64,000 bases of DNA. It comes from Podarcis liolepis. Its lineage: Eukaryota. Location of the stretch: assembly GCA_965112155.1 (NCBI GenBank), contig OZ218098.1; one strand, written 5' to 3'. The notes under the pieces are model-generated. The model worked only from the letters and a program-made list of their open reading frames with translations. It searched no databases and was not told the origin of the DNA. The position numbers were made by a program, and so were the translations under genes. Below are positions 51,807 to 64,000 of the stretch, in pieces (position 1 is the first letter of the stretch; every line of letters starts with the position of its first letter).

Positions 51807-54800
51807 TACTAAGCTTCTACCAGATCTATTGAGCAGAGGATTATTTTCTTTATTTATGTAGTGATATCTATGCACATGGCACTTGACAAAAAACAACAAC
51901 AGGCTCAACAGATCCCTCCCCCAGGAGGCATACAAATGGAGGAAGGAAAGAAACAGAGGCATGGATAGGTCGGCAGGGGAGGAATTACCTCAGCTACACA
52001 TACTTTGGCTTAGTTACAATATGGAATTGGGGAATGATCTAAAGGCTTCCGAGAAAAGGTGTGTGTTGAGGAAATAAGAGTGATCACATGGAGATTTACA
52101 GCCCTACTTTCCAGATACAGCTGCATCTAAGCATATGCTAATAGTTCACGGGGCATCCGAAGCATTCTTTCCAACCACTTGGTGAAAACGCAATTGGACT
52201 CAGCCAGCCCCACAGAAGTAGCGCTCCATTCCTCATGCTAAGCCCTTGGGAACGTAAAACAACTTCCTGTGGGCAGGCTGCCAAATGTTATGACATATCC
52301 AGCCAATACACGAAAGAATTAAATTGGAGAAGTTATTACACATTTGTCATTCAGATTTTGTAAATTTTGCAGGAACTAGAATGGCCCTTTACGATTGTGT
52401 AATGCCCTTCCGCCCCCTAAGCAGGGCTTGTACAGACAATCCCTTTTCCCAAAACACTACCATAGCTGTAGCTTTGATCTTACAGCAATTGTGTTAAAAC
52501 TGTTCAAAGTGATGGAGGGGAAGGAGATAGCCTTGCTATTGGGGGTATAGGTGGGGAGAAACAGAAGTAAAAAACAAAAAACCTATGGAAATGGTGGGGC
52601 GTTGCTGCGGGAGGGGAGAGTGGTAGCCTAGCTTGCAATAGCAGCTTTCTTTCAAAGAACTATATGAAGAACTAAACCAGTTTAAAATCAAATCTTAAAA
52701 CTCCTTTTATATACCAGAGATGTACAGGCATGGCAAGTGCACGTTGTGTCTCTCGTCAGTGACAGCATGGGCACTATCCAATACATGCCTGCAGCCATGT
52801 ACAGATAGCATTTTAGCAGCAGCAGAGGCACTGGGTTGAGGAGAGAATTGCATTCAGTCTTAGCAATGCCAATTTGCTGTGTGAGGGCTAAGAACAGGAA
52901 AACAGAGGCACACCTGTGGGAAGGACTTTTCATTTCATGTAGCCTCATTACCCTGAAAAGGAATAGACGTGCAAGCCAAACACGGGTGTGGCAGTGACGA
53001 TGCATTAATATCAATTAAACTGGAGACCTTGCAGTCGTGTTAGCATAAGGAAATCCCAACAGCAACAGCCTTGTAATCTGGGAACAGGAAGATCCTTGAG
53101 CACAGTAAAGTTGTATGCATGTAAGACATTTGCTCACCCAACATTAGATCACTCATATATCAGCAGAGTCATGCATCTTTACCAAAACCTTGCAAAGGCC
53201 TCTTGCGGAGACCTTGCTGCAATTATTTGGATGCAAACTCATAAATATGCTAGGTGTACTAATTTTTATAGAGAGAATAGTCTCAGAGGCAGAAAGCTTT
53301 GCAAATAAACCTTTCGTTTGTTATTGAATCGATCAATGAGACACTATGGGAGCTGCTAGAGGGGAGATTAGATTTATCACATGAACACAAAAGGGGCTTG
53401 TGAGAGGCAGATGCCAGCAAAAAGTCTCGGAGACAGAGCATGAAGGAGGAGGCTGACTGGTGCTGCGCCTGTTACCATTCATGCTCCTCCTTCCCTCACT
53501 GCTCTCAAGCCATTCTGCTTTGAAATGCATTGATCTGCTTGGGGCAGCACCGAGGGGAGAGGTTGGGGAGGAGATTATTTCTATGATGGCTTTTTGTAAA
53601 ATAATTGGACGGTGCCAGAACACTTCAGCGCCAGATGCCTCAGGGATATTCGAGTGTATGGAAAATGGGGGGGGGGGGAGAGAAAGCAGATTCCTGGTTA
53701 TTTTAAGGCTACAATAGATTTCTCTTTCTAAAAGGGAAAGGTGCGAAACGTCTTGGCAGAAGTGGTGAAAAATATTTTGACACTAGTGAAGATGATTGCA
53801 AACAATATGAAGCAGCAACAAGTGTATCTAACATTAGTAAGCGCCCATGGTGACAAAAATTCCTCAATTTGACACACACTTTGTGGATTAAAAATCTGCA
53901 TAAACTTGAAGGGGGATCTTTAGAATTTATGAGAATTTGTTGGCAGCTGGAAGTTTGCCAGACATAAAAAGAATACACACACACAAATATGTTAATATAA
54001 GTTTGATTTGAGTATTTTCCTGTGGTGGTGTTTTTTTTTTTAATAATAAAAAGTTACACAATCAGCTATTCAATAGGTTAAGGGTTGCACCTTTTATGTG
54101 AGGGGTTGTTTTGGAGCACTGAGGAAAACAGCATGAGGATTTTCTTCGCTGATATTGAGGTGCTCCACTTGCAACAGGACTTTGTGGAATCTGCACCACT
54201 GAACTGAGCAGGATCTCTCAGTAAACTGCATGTTTATGGACTAAACAACATCAAAATTCCCTGAATTAGCAAACATACCATTTTCACTTATCTCTTTTCA
54301 ATTGAAATTAAATCAATTTGACCATAATTGGAATGATTTTTCAAGGTTAAATTTTGCAATTTCACATTTTGGAGCTAAGGAGAAGGCTAAACGTCACGTT
54401 AGTTTCCCTATCATATCACAGCAGCATCACAATCCTAGTTATGATCTTCTGCCCAATCAGTAGCAAAGTTAACGGTACAACAAAAGCTATTGAAACCACA
54501 GCTAATGTAGCATCTGGCAAACCTGGTACCACCAATTAATCACAGCATTGCACACCAACAATACATGTAATTGCCACACACAGAAAGCACTGGCCTCAAT
54601 GCACAACAACAGCCAAGGAACCTCCTGCTATCATCTAACCAAAAATACACACTGACACAATGCACAACCATGCTGCCAGAAAGGAGACTGAAACACCTTC
54701 CTACCTGCACAAACTGCTACAGATCTGAGGCGTGCAGTGAGAATCCAGAGGCAGAATCTCTGTATTATATTATAGTCTCCCACACACACATTATAGTCTC

Positions 54801-57469
54801 CCTATCCCACACACTCACTTCTCTCCCTCCCTGTTCCTTTGTGGAAGGACTTCAGACATATAGCCCAGTCCAAGGGAAGTCATGTGGAATCATAGCTCAG
54901 TGGAATAGCACCACTTTCACATACAAGAGGTCCAAAATTCAAAGGGTTTGTATCGTCAACTTCTTTTATACCATTCAGCCACAGGCCCTTATGTTCATTA
55001 GGATAATTCCCAGTTTCCAGTGGTTACTGCCTCAAAACATATCAATTTTCCCAGCTCCACTCCACTTGATTTTGGCTCATCATACCTACAGTAACCAGAA
55101 GGAAAGAGTCAGAAATATGTTGAATATTGGGAACCCCTCCCTTCCTGCTGGTCCTCCTCCAGAGGAGAGGCCAATCTTATACGCCAACTTGGGTGGAGAA
55201 GGATGAGGGGGAATGTGTAGGACTCTTCAAGAGCTTGGACCCTAACATTCCTTGAGCCCTGCAGCCCCCATTCCTCCAAAAACCTTCTGCAGGGAACCCT
55301 CCAGAGCAACATGGGGGCTGCAGGGGGAATTGGCAGAAATCTCCTCCACCTCCCACCAGTGGAAGCATCTATTGGGCTGGTGCCCATTCCTTGAACAGAA
55401 GAACTTCTTCCATTCACAAAAGGGCAACTCGGGACTCAAGCCGTCCATTTGGATGGAAATGTTAAAACAATGCCCTATCCTTTGCAGGATTAACATGCTG
55501 TCATTAGAGGCAGAACCACAATAATTTGGAAGGCGGCTCCACTGCACTCAGCGGGACTGCTTTCCAACTAAATGTGTTTAGCATTGAGTTATTAAGCATT
55601 TTAGGCACCATTACATCATATCTTTATTTAAGAAGCTTGGAGGCCTTGGAAAATGCCTGGCCATAAGACCAAAAGCATGCTTCCCAGCATGCAGGCATCA
55701 CTATTCTTTTTAAGTGGAGAAGTGCTGGAGCTGGCCAGATGTTCAGCATTCTTTCTGTTTCTCCCTGATAGGTCATGGAATGAGTAACTCTCCCCCCCCC
55801 CCCCCGGCCTCTCAGTTCCCTGGAAAACAGGGGGGGAAAGGTAAAATGTGTAAAACATTGGTTTTGTCTTTCATGAAATGCCTATATTAAATCAGATAGT
55901 CTTTCCCCAATCAGCACTTCTATAAAGCAAGGGAACAGTCCCACACATGTATAGCTTGTTCCATTTTCACTTTTCAGACTTTCTGCCACAGCAAGTCTTT
56001 CTTCCCCAATTTGAGACTGTTTCAGGTGTGGGAAGGGAGTTTCCACAGCCCAGACTCCGTCCCAGAAATTGCTGAAGTGTAGGCTGATGTAATGACATGA
56101 ACTTCACGTCCTGGGTTTCAAGGGACGTAACGTTTTCAGACTTGCCTGGTAATTGATCAGAATGTGTTGGAATACATGCTGCGATCCTATGTGTATTTGC
56201 TTGGAGTTAAATCCCGCTCCATTTAGCCAGATTCAATTTTCCCAAGCAATCATAGAATTCTGCTGTACAAAGAGAACATTCAGACCGCTTTCCCAGCTTC
56301 TTCCCAATGGTCCGGCCAACATGCCACCACTGTTGCGCTCTGTTACTCTACATGGCCTGTAACATCCAAAAATGATGTGGCTGGAAACTTTCTGCGATGT
56401 TTAAATGTACGAATTTAAACCACTGCATAGAGACTTTAGCTTTACATCAAGATGCAAAGTCCAGTTAAGTTTCTTCCTTTGTCAAAATTATTTGGAAGCA
56501 AATTATTCTTTTGGTAATAATTTGCATTAAAATTCCCAAGGTGGATAAATTTCCCACTTTTATTTTAGTGATTAGTTCTATTTATGACGCAATCCATCAA
56601 TTGGTAAAAAGCACAATTTTGCTCTTAAATATTGACTGCTTCAGCGCAGTTTAGAGTCAGGGAAGCATAACAGATTTTTATAAGCTAAATCTGCATCCAA
56701 ACGATGTACAACTGTGCTTCACACATTCCTTACCAAAGCTATCATCACCTTTTCTGCTTCATTCCTTTGCTTCCTATTATGCTGGAAGGGAAAGATGATT
56801 AGTTCAGAAATGAAATACATTATACAGTAAGAGAGGTTCCGCGAAGTCAGAACAACAAGGAACCTTTATTTTCTTTTAAGAAAAATATTTAGCAATGTTG
56901 CAGCACAGCAGGAAGTGCAAATTAGAACAACCTTGGAGTGATTTATTAGTAAATGCATTCCAAGATATAAATGAATCATGCATATCCTTCTCTGGAACTC
57001 ATGATGTCATTTTATTTTCATGTTGTTTTAAAGAGGAACTTCTTTGCTTTTTTTTTTGTTACGAAAGCACTCTTGCTGCACAGTAATAATTTATTTTTCA
57101 AATGGGCCAAATAGTCCTAAACCCCAGATCAACTGGATGGAGGAGATTAGAACTGAGTGCAAGTGTTCCTCAACCAGGAAAGAGTTCCACCACTGAGAGG
57201 GTCATGTCTGCTGCAGAAGGTCCTACTGGACCAACAGAAAGCTCTATGAGCATACAGCAGATCTATAACTGGAAGTGTTCCTGCTGGTGGTAGTTAGCAC
57301 TGGGCCCCCAAAATAGGACATTCTTGGGGCAAGGCTCAAGGGGGGGGGAGGCAACTGTGCAACATAAAAAAGAGGTTTGTCTGCCCTTCCACTTCCTGCC
57401 CAGACCAGTGCAGTTCAACAAGGTGTTGGGGTAGAGTTGCCAGAACCCTTAGGGTCGACTTTGGGTTAG

Positions 57470-57640
57470 ATTGAGGGCACAAGGAGAAGGGGACGACAGA
57501 GGACGAGATGGTTGGGCGGTGTTCTCAAGGCTACCAGCATGAGTTTGACCAAGCTGCAGGAGGCGGTGGAGGACAGGGGTGCCTGGCGTGCTCTGGTCCA
57601 TGGGGTCACGAAGAGTCAGACACAACTAAACAACAACAAC
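57470..57640 (+). mobile_element. RTE/BovB-like LINE 3' end with (AAC)n tail
   Basis: agaaggggacgacagaggacgagatgg...gcctggcgtgctctggtccatggggtcacgaagagtcagacacaact matches the BovB-type 3' terminus. Confidence 0.8.
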
Positions 57641-58728
57641 AGCAACCATTGCCAGGCAGCGGGGGGGGGGGGGGGGCTTGAATCTCCCAATAGACAAAAA
57701 CACCTTTAAAAAAAGTTTTTTAAAAAAGTTTTTTTAAGAAGACTGTGTGTGTAGCTTTCAATCTTCAGTTCATCAGAAGGCAGCTGCAAATTATTGCATG
57801 GACTCTCTGGGGTGTCTGCCCTCTTCCTCTCCTGCAATTAGCCTCCATCTCCAGGGCTCAGTGGTAGGAGGGAGTGCAGAGAAAGACAAAGAACTGGGCC
57901 AGGCTAAAGAGGAAGAGACTATGCCTGCATGCCTGACTCATGTGTTAGACTTTGTGCTTTTTATCTGAATGACATGCTCTCACTGACTGATTAATGCTTA
58001 ATGTGCCATGCTTAATGGCATCACCGGGGCCTGCCCCCTGTGACTTCACCACCCCAAGACATCACCAGAAGCTGCCCCTAAGTCTCAGGTTTGGGCCCTA
58101 AAATCTCAGGGTCTAGGCCACTCCTGACCTGGCAACCCTATTTTGGGTGGAAGGGAATCAATTGTTGGTGTTTATTTCTGTTTTCGTAATAGGACCGCAA
58201 AATACTTTAGTCTCAACTCGCTCTGTCACACTCTCACACACAAACTGGATGGCTGAATCTCCCTAACCCTACAAAAAAATAAAACAAGACACACACACAT
58301 TGGGACTGGGGATTCTATAAGCATCTTAGAAATCTGCTAGAGATCCCCTTCAGAACTTCAGAACTTCAATTGATTGCCCGGGGGGACACTGTTATGGACT
58401 ATTTCATACACATCCTTGTTCTATGGGAATGGGAATGGGTTTGGGTGTCATGTTTCTCCACACTGATACATAAAGCCATTTAAGCAGGGCTGGGGAACCT
58501 TAGGCCCAAAGGTCAGGTGTGGCCCTTCAGGCCACTCTATCCAACCCCCAGAATGGTCTGGAGGCCACACCACTCACCAGTCCTGTTCCAGGCACTCCTG
58601 AAGTGCTTTTATTCTTGCATGTGTCCTTGAATTGTGACAATACCTTTTGCTTGCTGGACAAATAGAGAGGTGTGCACATGGGCTTTTGTTTGGCGGGAAT
58701 GTTTGTAGAGGAAGCCAACTAAGTCACC

Positions 58729-58861
58729 CAGCCTTTCTCAAACTTGGCTTTCCAGATGTTGCTGGACTACAACTCCCACCATCCCTAGCTACCAGGATCA
58801 GTGGTCAGGGATGATGGGAGTTGTAGTCCAACATCTGGGGAGCCAAGTTTGAGAAAGGGTG
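58729..58861. mobile_element. Palindromic hAT-type MITE, same internal core as 32760
   Basis: cagcctttctcaaacttggct...agccaagtttgagaaagggtg. Near-perfect TSD aagtcacc/aactcacc. Confidence 0.85.
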
Positions 58862-60962
58862 AACTCACCACATGACGATGATTAAACTGGTTTAAGTCTG
58901 TGCTGATTACATATTAAGCCGAAAGCTCACACCATCTTTCATCATAGGGATATAAGTCTATAACTTAGACTGCTGAATAAAACAAGAGTTGTTCAAAATG
59001 TTTATTGTAGAAAATATGTCAAACTCTGTCATAGCAGGGTTTTGTGTGTGTGTACAGTGGAGGAAAATCTACCAAAATGTTCCAGTATTTCTGGCTTCAC
59101 TCCAGAAAAAACAAACAAAAACAAAACAAGCACCACAACTGCAACTGGTGGGTTTGATGCCATAGTTCATATTATAACTAAAATGAGTCCAGGGAATGGT
59201 GTAGGGCAGTTAAACTGAAAACTAATAAAGCTAAGCTGTCTGTCTCAGAGACTCTTCTCACGTTATCTCTGTGGTGAAGGAGCAGCTGCTACATGTTCCT
59301 TCCAGCAGCCAGATGACATCAGAAGCCACAAGTCGCATGTCAAAAGTCTACACTGCAGCTCCTTCTCACCCCTGTGATGTTTAGCTGCTGTAGGCAAAGC
59401 ATCCCAATACTGCCCATGCCCACACATCACCACCCCCACGCATATCCGGATGTCCACCCTGCCTCCGCTATTGTGTCCATGCTGCTGCCAGCCCCATCAC
59501 CACAATTGCACTGCAAGGGTGCAGTGGTGAGGGTGCAGTGGCAGGGATGAGGGCAACAGGGCAGTGTTGGTGGTGTGGGTGAAGACCCAGCAGGTCAGGC
59601 AGCAGCACAATGAGGGGGGGGGCGTTTGGATCTGCCACCTGAGGCAAACGGTTTCACCTCGCTTAATGCATGGGTCACCCTTGATGATGATCATGTGGGT
59701 GGGGAAGAACCATTTTGTGAACTCTGGGACCCTGAGAAAGTTCTAACATAAGCTTCAAAGACATCGGCCGCACACAGACTCCTGTTTACCATGCTTTACA
59801 TCTATTGCACTCCCTCCCACTGGTTTTTGAATTGGCACTGCATATTAAGCTAATAATATGTACACAGCTCTATTCTGGAAAGGCTATCCATACCACAATG
59901 TTGCATCTGAAGAAACACTCAGTGGAGAAGTTGGGTTGTAAGTGGGAGAATTCTTGAAAGTTCTGGGTAAGTTGCTCAGAGTTCCCCAAAGAAGAGCAGG
60001 ATACAAGTACAATAAAGGACTCGGTAAGATAATCAATTATGAAAAATAATCTTTTTTCCTCAGAGATGATAATTTTCTAATTATTGGTGAATATTGTCAA
60101 TAATATACAGCCAGTGTGATTAGATATGAAATTTCAGAGGTTTCAGGTAATTCTTTAATTCGTTTGCTTTACTTAATCTGCCTTGTTCTGCATATAAATC
60201 ATGTTTCTTTTCCAAGTTGTTTTTCTTTACACTGGTAAGTGATCATTACAAATTTGGCAACATGATAGCTCTGGAGGATTCCCACAAGATAATAATTATG
60301 TCATTGTAACACAATTTCCTCAGATGTTCATTTTTATGTCAACATCCCTGTTTAATTGCAATGATTTTTTTATTACAGTAACAGAAGTCCATGTGTGTGG
60401 TTTCTCTGCTTGATTACTTATTGTCTGCAGTTGCGGATTCTTTGAAATAAAACAACCGAGTGTCACATTAGTGGAGACTCATGGTTCACAAAGTGTAATG
60501 AACCTTTTCTTCCTTTTTGAAGTGTCACCTAACCCTAGAAGCCCTTGTGCAGAAATCAAGTAGCATTAACACCATTATAGTTAATATATGGGGACAAACC
60601 TCGGTGTTCTAATATTATAATGCTTTTAAAAAGCTTTCGTGCAATTCACTAATGTCAGTTAGGAGCTAACTACATTCTTAGGGAGTATTAAGCCTTCATC
60701 CCATCACAAACCATTAGCATTATCCCATTTACTGTGTCTGCACAGAGTCTTGCACTAAATCCAAATCATCTCAAGATAGTGAATGAATCAGCCCCCTCTG
60801 TTTCTTCAGGCTACCTGGTCAGGTGTGAGAAGGGCCAGGACACTTCCCCAAGCTGAGAGAACAATGCTGGCTACCGGTACTTCCATTAACTGAGCTGGTG
60901 GCAGTTGATCGCCCAAAGCTGATAGGACCTGGAGCAACTGGCTATTAGATTGTACAATTTAC

Positions 60963-61477
60963 TTGGAAACTACAACTAATCCAGAATGCGGCAGCTAGAC
61001 TGATGACTGGGAGCACATAACACTGGTCTTGAAAGACCTACGTTGGCTCCCAATACGTTTCCGAGCACAATTCAAAGTGTTGGTGCTGACCTTTAAAGCC
61101 CTAAACAGCCTCGGTCCAATATATCTGAAAGAGCGTCTCCACCTCCATCGTTCTACCCGGACACTGAGGTCCAGCTCTAAGGGCCTTCTGGCAGTTCCCT
61201 CACTGTGAGAAGCCAAGTTACAGGGAACCAGGCAGACGGCCTTCTCGGTAGTGGCACCCACCCTGTGGAATTCCCTCCCACCAGATGTCAAAGAGAAGGA
61301 CAACTACTAGACTTTTAGACAACATCTGAAGGCAGCCCTGTTTAGGGAAGCTTTTAATGTTTGAGACAGTACTGTATTTTAATATTGTGTTGGAAGCCAC
61401 CCAGAGTGGCTGGGAAAACCCAGCTAGATGGGCAGGGTATAAATAATAAATTATTATTATTATTATTATTATTATTA
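60963..61477 (+). mobile_element. L2-type LINE 3' end with (TTA)n tail
   Basis: Encodes KLQLIQNAAARL and WLPIRFRAQFKVLVLTFKAL-type motifs. Ends in aataataaattattattatt.... Confidence 0.85.
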
Positions 61478-64000
61478 TGCTGGAGATTTGTTGCCTCTTA
61501 GATAGACCTGGGCTCTCTTGGTAGTGCTCCTACATAATGTTGAAGCTATAGGGTCTAGGAAATGGATTTCTCTACCTGACATTCACCTTCATCTAACAAT
61601 ATGTCATCCTTGTGTAACAATGTTTTTCAGGGCCTCATGCAAGGAACATGCCATAACGCCCAACCTAAAAAATAGTCCTGAAGACATGTCACTTATTTCT
61701 CCACCAGTGTAGATTGGGGAATAGCCAGGAAACTAAGGAGCTGATGCTCAATAAGACAGGCATAGAGACCATTTTACAAGAAGATGCGCGCTATTCCTGA
61801 GGTCTGCCTGGGGCTCTGGAAAAAGGAAAGGCTAAGCCAGCCCTGATCCAAACAAGATTAGAGCCATTTCTGCAGCCTACAAAAGTACTGAATCAATGTG
61901 GTCAGACTCACTCAATATGGTCACATTTATTCCCCTACTCCTTCAGCTACGACTCCGATGCTGCAGTCTCTTTTGGAGAAGCAAGAACTTGTTGCAACAG
62001 TTGACTGCATTGTAGATTTTTTTCAAGGAGCTTCAAAGTGGGGTGAGGGGGATTCTTAAAATATTGTGGAAAAGGTAGCCCTTTCATGAAAATACTACAA
62101 AATGGAATGCTATGCCTTCAGGTTGCAACTGATCACTGCCTCCATTCAACACTTTCAAATTAGTGTCGGAATATAGCTTCTTCTAGTTAATACTGTTGTA
62201 ACATACATTTGGCAATGGTGAGTCCAGTCCCCCAGGAGGTTCTCTTGCACTCATTCCCTTACTGGCTATGTTCTCCCTCTTCTATCCTAGGCAGTATGTC
62301 GTGCTTCTGGGAATCACAAGTGGGAAGGGGGATATTAGGTTCATGTCCTGTTTCCATAGACATCTGGTTGGCTACTATGATGATTATTTAACAGTACACA
62401 ATACCAAACAATTACTAACAGTACAAGTCATGTAATCAGAGAATGCTTGCATTCTGTGGACCGGTGCATAGCTTGCTATGCTCCTATTTTAGTGGTATTT
62501 TTGAAAGCCACAGTTAACGATGGCCTTGCCTTCAACCATCTCATTCCCATTGTCCCTTTCACTTTACCACAATCTTTGGTGTGAGTCAGGCAAGCAGAAT
62601 TTGACCCCCTAGTTCTAAGGCTGACATGATGAATTTCCAGGAAAGAGAATGTAGTACACATTTCTTACGCTATTCAATCCTGGCTGAGACATAGCCAGCC
62701 ATTATGACGTCCATCTCCATGTACATTCATTCCCTTACCAGTACATCCCAAACAAACAGGCTTTCTGTTAGCGTTTGTTAGCAAATGAAGGCAGAAATGT
62801 GCACACGAAAGTAAACAGAGGACCTTATGGCACAACATTTCAGTGGTATTTAAAAGATCCTAAGCATAAGGCAAACCTTATGCTACAACATGTATAAAAC
62901 TGGGGTTCAGATGTGCCACTTTCTGCGTGAGTCTCTCTTAACCCTACATCCCAAGGTTTGTTAATACGATGTTTTCCATAGTGGGTGGGGGGGGGGAACC
63001 TGAGCTTTTTTAAAAAGAAAAGAAAAACCTGAGCTTCTAAACCAGGATAATGCTAGCTCTGACAACCCAGAAAACAACAATTTATGTGAAACCAATGCAT
63101 TTAGAACCTTTCACAGTAGATATATTCTGCCTGGAGAAAGCACACATTTTGAGCAGGATTGACAATATACTGAAGGACCGAACTCTCTTTTCTTATTGGA
63201 TTTCTTGCAGTTCCTGTAACTTACAGAATTCATCAACTTAAATTCATCTTTCTCAGGGTATAGAGATGGCTGGAATGATATCGATACATCTGTCCTCAGT
63301 ATTCCAAGTGTAAAGCATTATTGCTAAAGCATAACTGAGTGTGCAAACCTTTTCATGCTAATCTTTTAAACTGTGCATTATCAACACTGTAATGCTCATA
63401 AATGAATGTATACATTAGAACTCAGCCAAATGTCTTTTGGAATTTTATTTTATTTTTGCTCTGAACGTGGCAGAGCAAAAGGTGGGAAGGCAAAAGGAAA
63501 TGCGGGGGAGGGGAGAAAAGTCTCACATTCTTGGGATATGATGGACTTACTAGGAAAATGACAGGACCTGACACCATCTGCCTTGTGGGAAGGAAGATGA
63601 GAGTGAGGCAGGCAGGCAAAGAAAAGATCAGAGTCCATTCCACTTGTATTGTGCCCCCCGCTGCAAACTTTACATTGCATATCGTTGATATGCTTTGGTA
63701 TTTTGAAATTGTAAGCTGCCTTTGGTGCCTTGACAGAAAGGCAGCATAATACATTAAATTTAAAGAAAAGAAGGCTTTTTAATTTTAATTTGCTTATTTC
63801 ACTGCTCTACCACCCCACACAACAGCAAAACTGCAACACTAAGTGGCTGGAGGACTGCAATTTCCCTCCACAATCCTTTCTTTGAAACAACACACTGTCA
63901 TTTCCAGAAGCATTTGTGGTGGGGAGAAGGTAGAAGACTCTACTTTAGTAGAGCCATAAAGGGGGGGCATTCTTGCTTGACTCTAATTTTTACCTCCTCT

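Noticed and set aside
54571-55206. 211-aa plus-strand ORF
   Set aside because: It starts at a non-ATG codon, has no recognisable domain, and runs through CA-rich and SINE-head remnants.
47200-64000. Exons of a neighbouring gene such as NUBPL
   Set aside because: I recognised no coding motifs in any frame, so the region appears intergenic.

Overview
Vertebrate nuclear DNA, almost certainly from a squamate. The Sauria SINE copies with (ACCTTT)n tails resemble lacertid (Podarcis-type) subfamilies. The window holds one complete protein-coding gene, ARHGAP5 (p190-B RhoGAP), on the minus strand. It has a CpG-island promoter with non-coding first exon(s) at about 45.3-46.7 kb and a 3.9-kb exon 2 (start codon 27898). 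Five further coding exons follow (20763-20616, 15925-15848, 14023-13892, 11780-11675, 10892-10562), all with GT-AG boundaries and matching phases. The joined CDS is 4497 nt (1498 aa) and is followed by a long AT-rich 3' UTR. The rest is intronic or intergenic DNA with Sauria SINEs, CR1, L2 and RTE/BovB-like LINE fragments, and Tc1/mariner and hAT MITEs. The most interesting observations are four. (1) Inverted Sauria SINEs bracket exons 2-3, the arrangement expected to drive back-splicing into a 4023-nt circRNA with a GAP-less 1288-aa ORF. (2) A uORF chain in the 5' leader ends with a stop codon overlapping the ATG-ATG start. (3) A young CpG-dense hAT MITE in intron 1 carries promoter-like motifs. 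(4) A perfect 322-bp tandem duplication has a two-step template-switch junction. I found no evidence of a wholly new gene system; the findings are regulatory or structural hypotheses.
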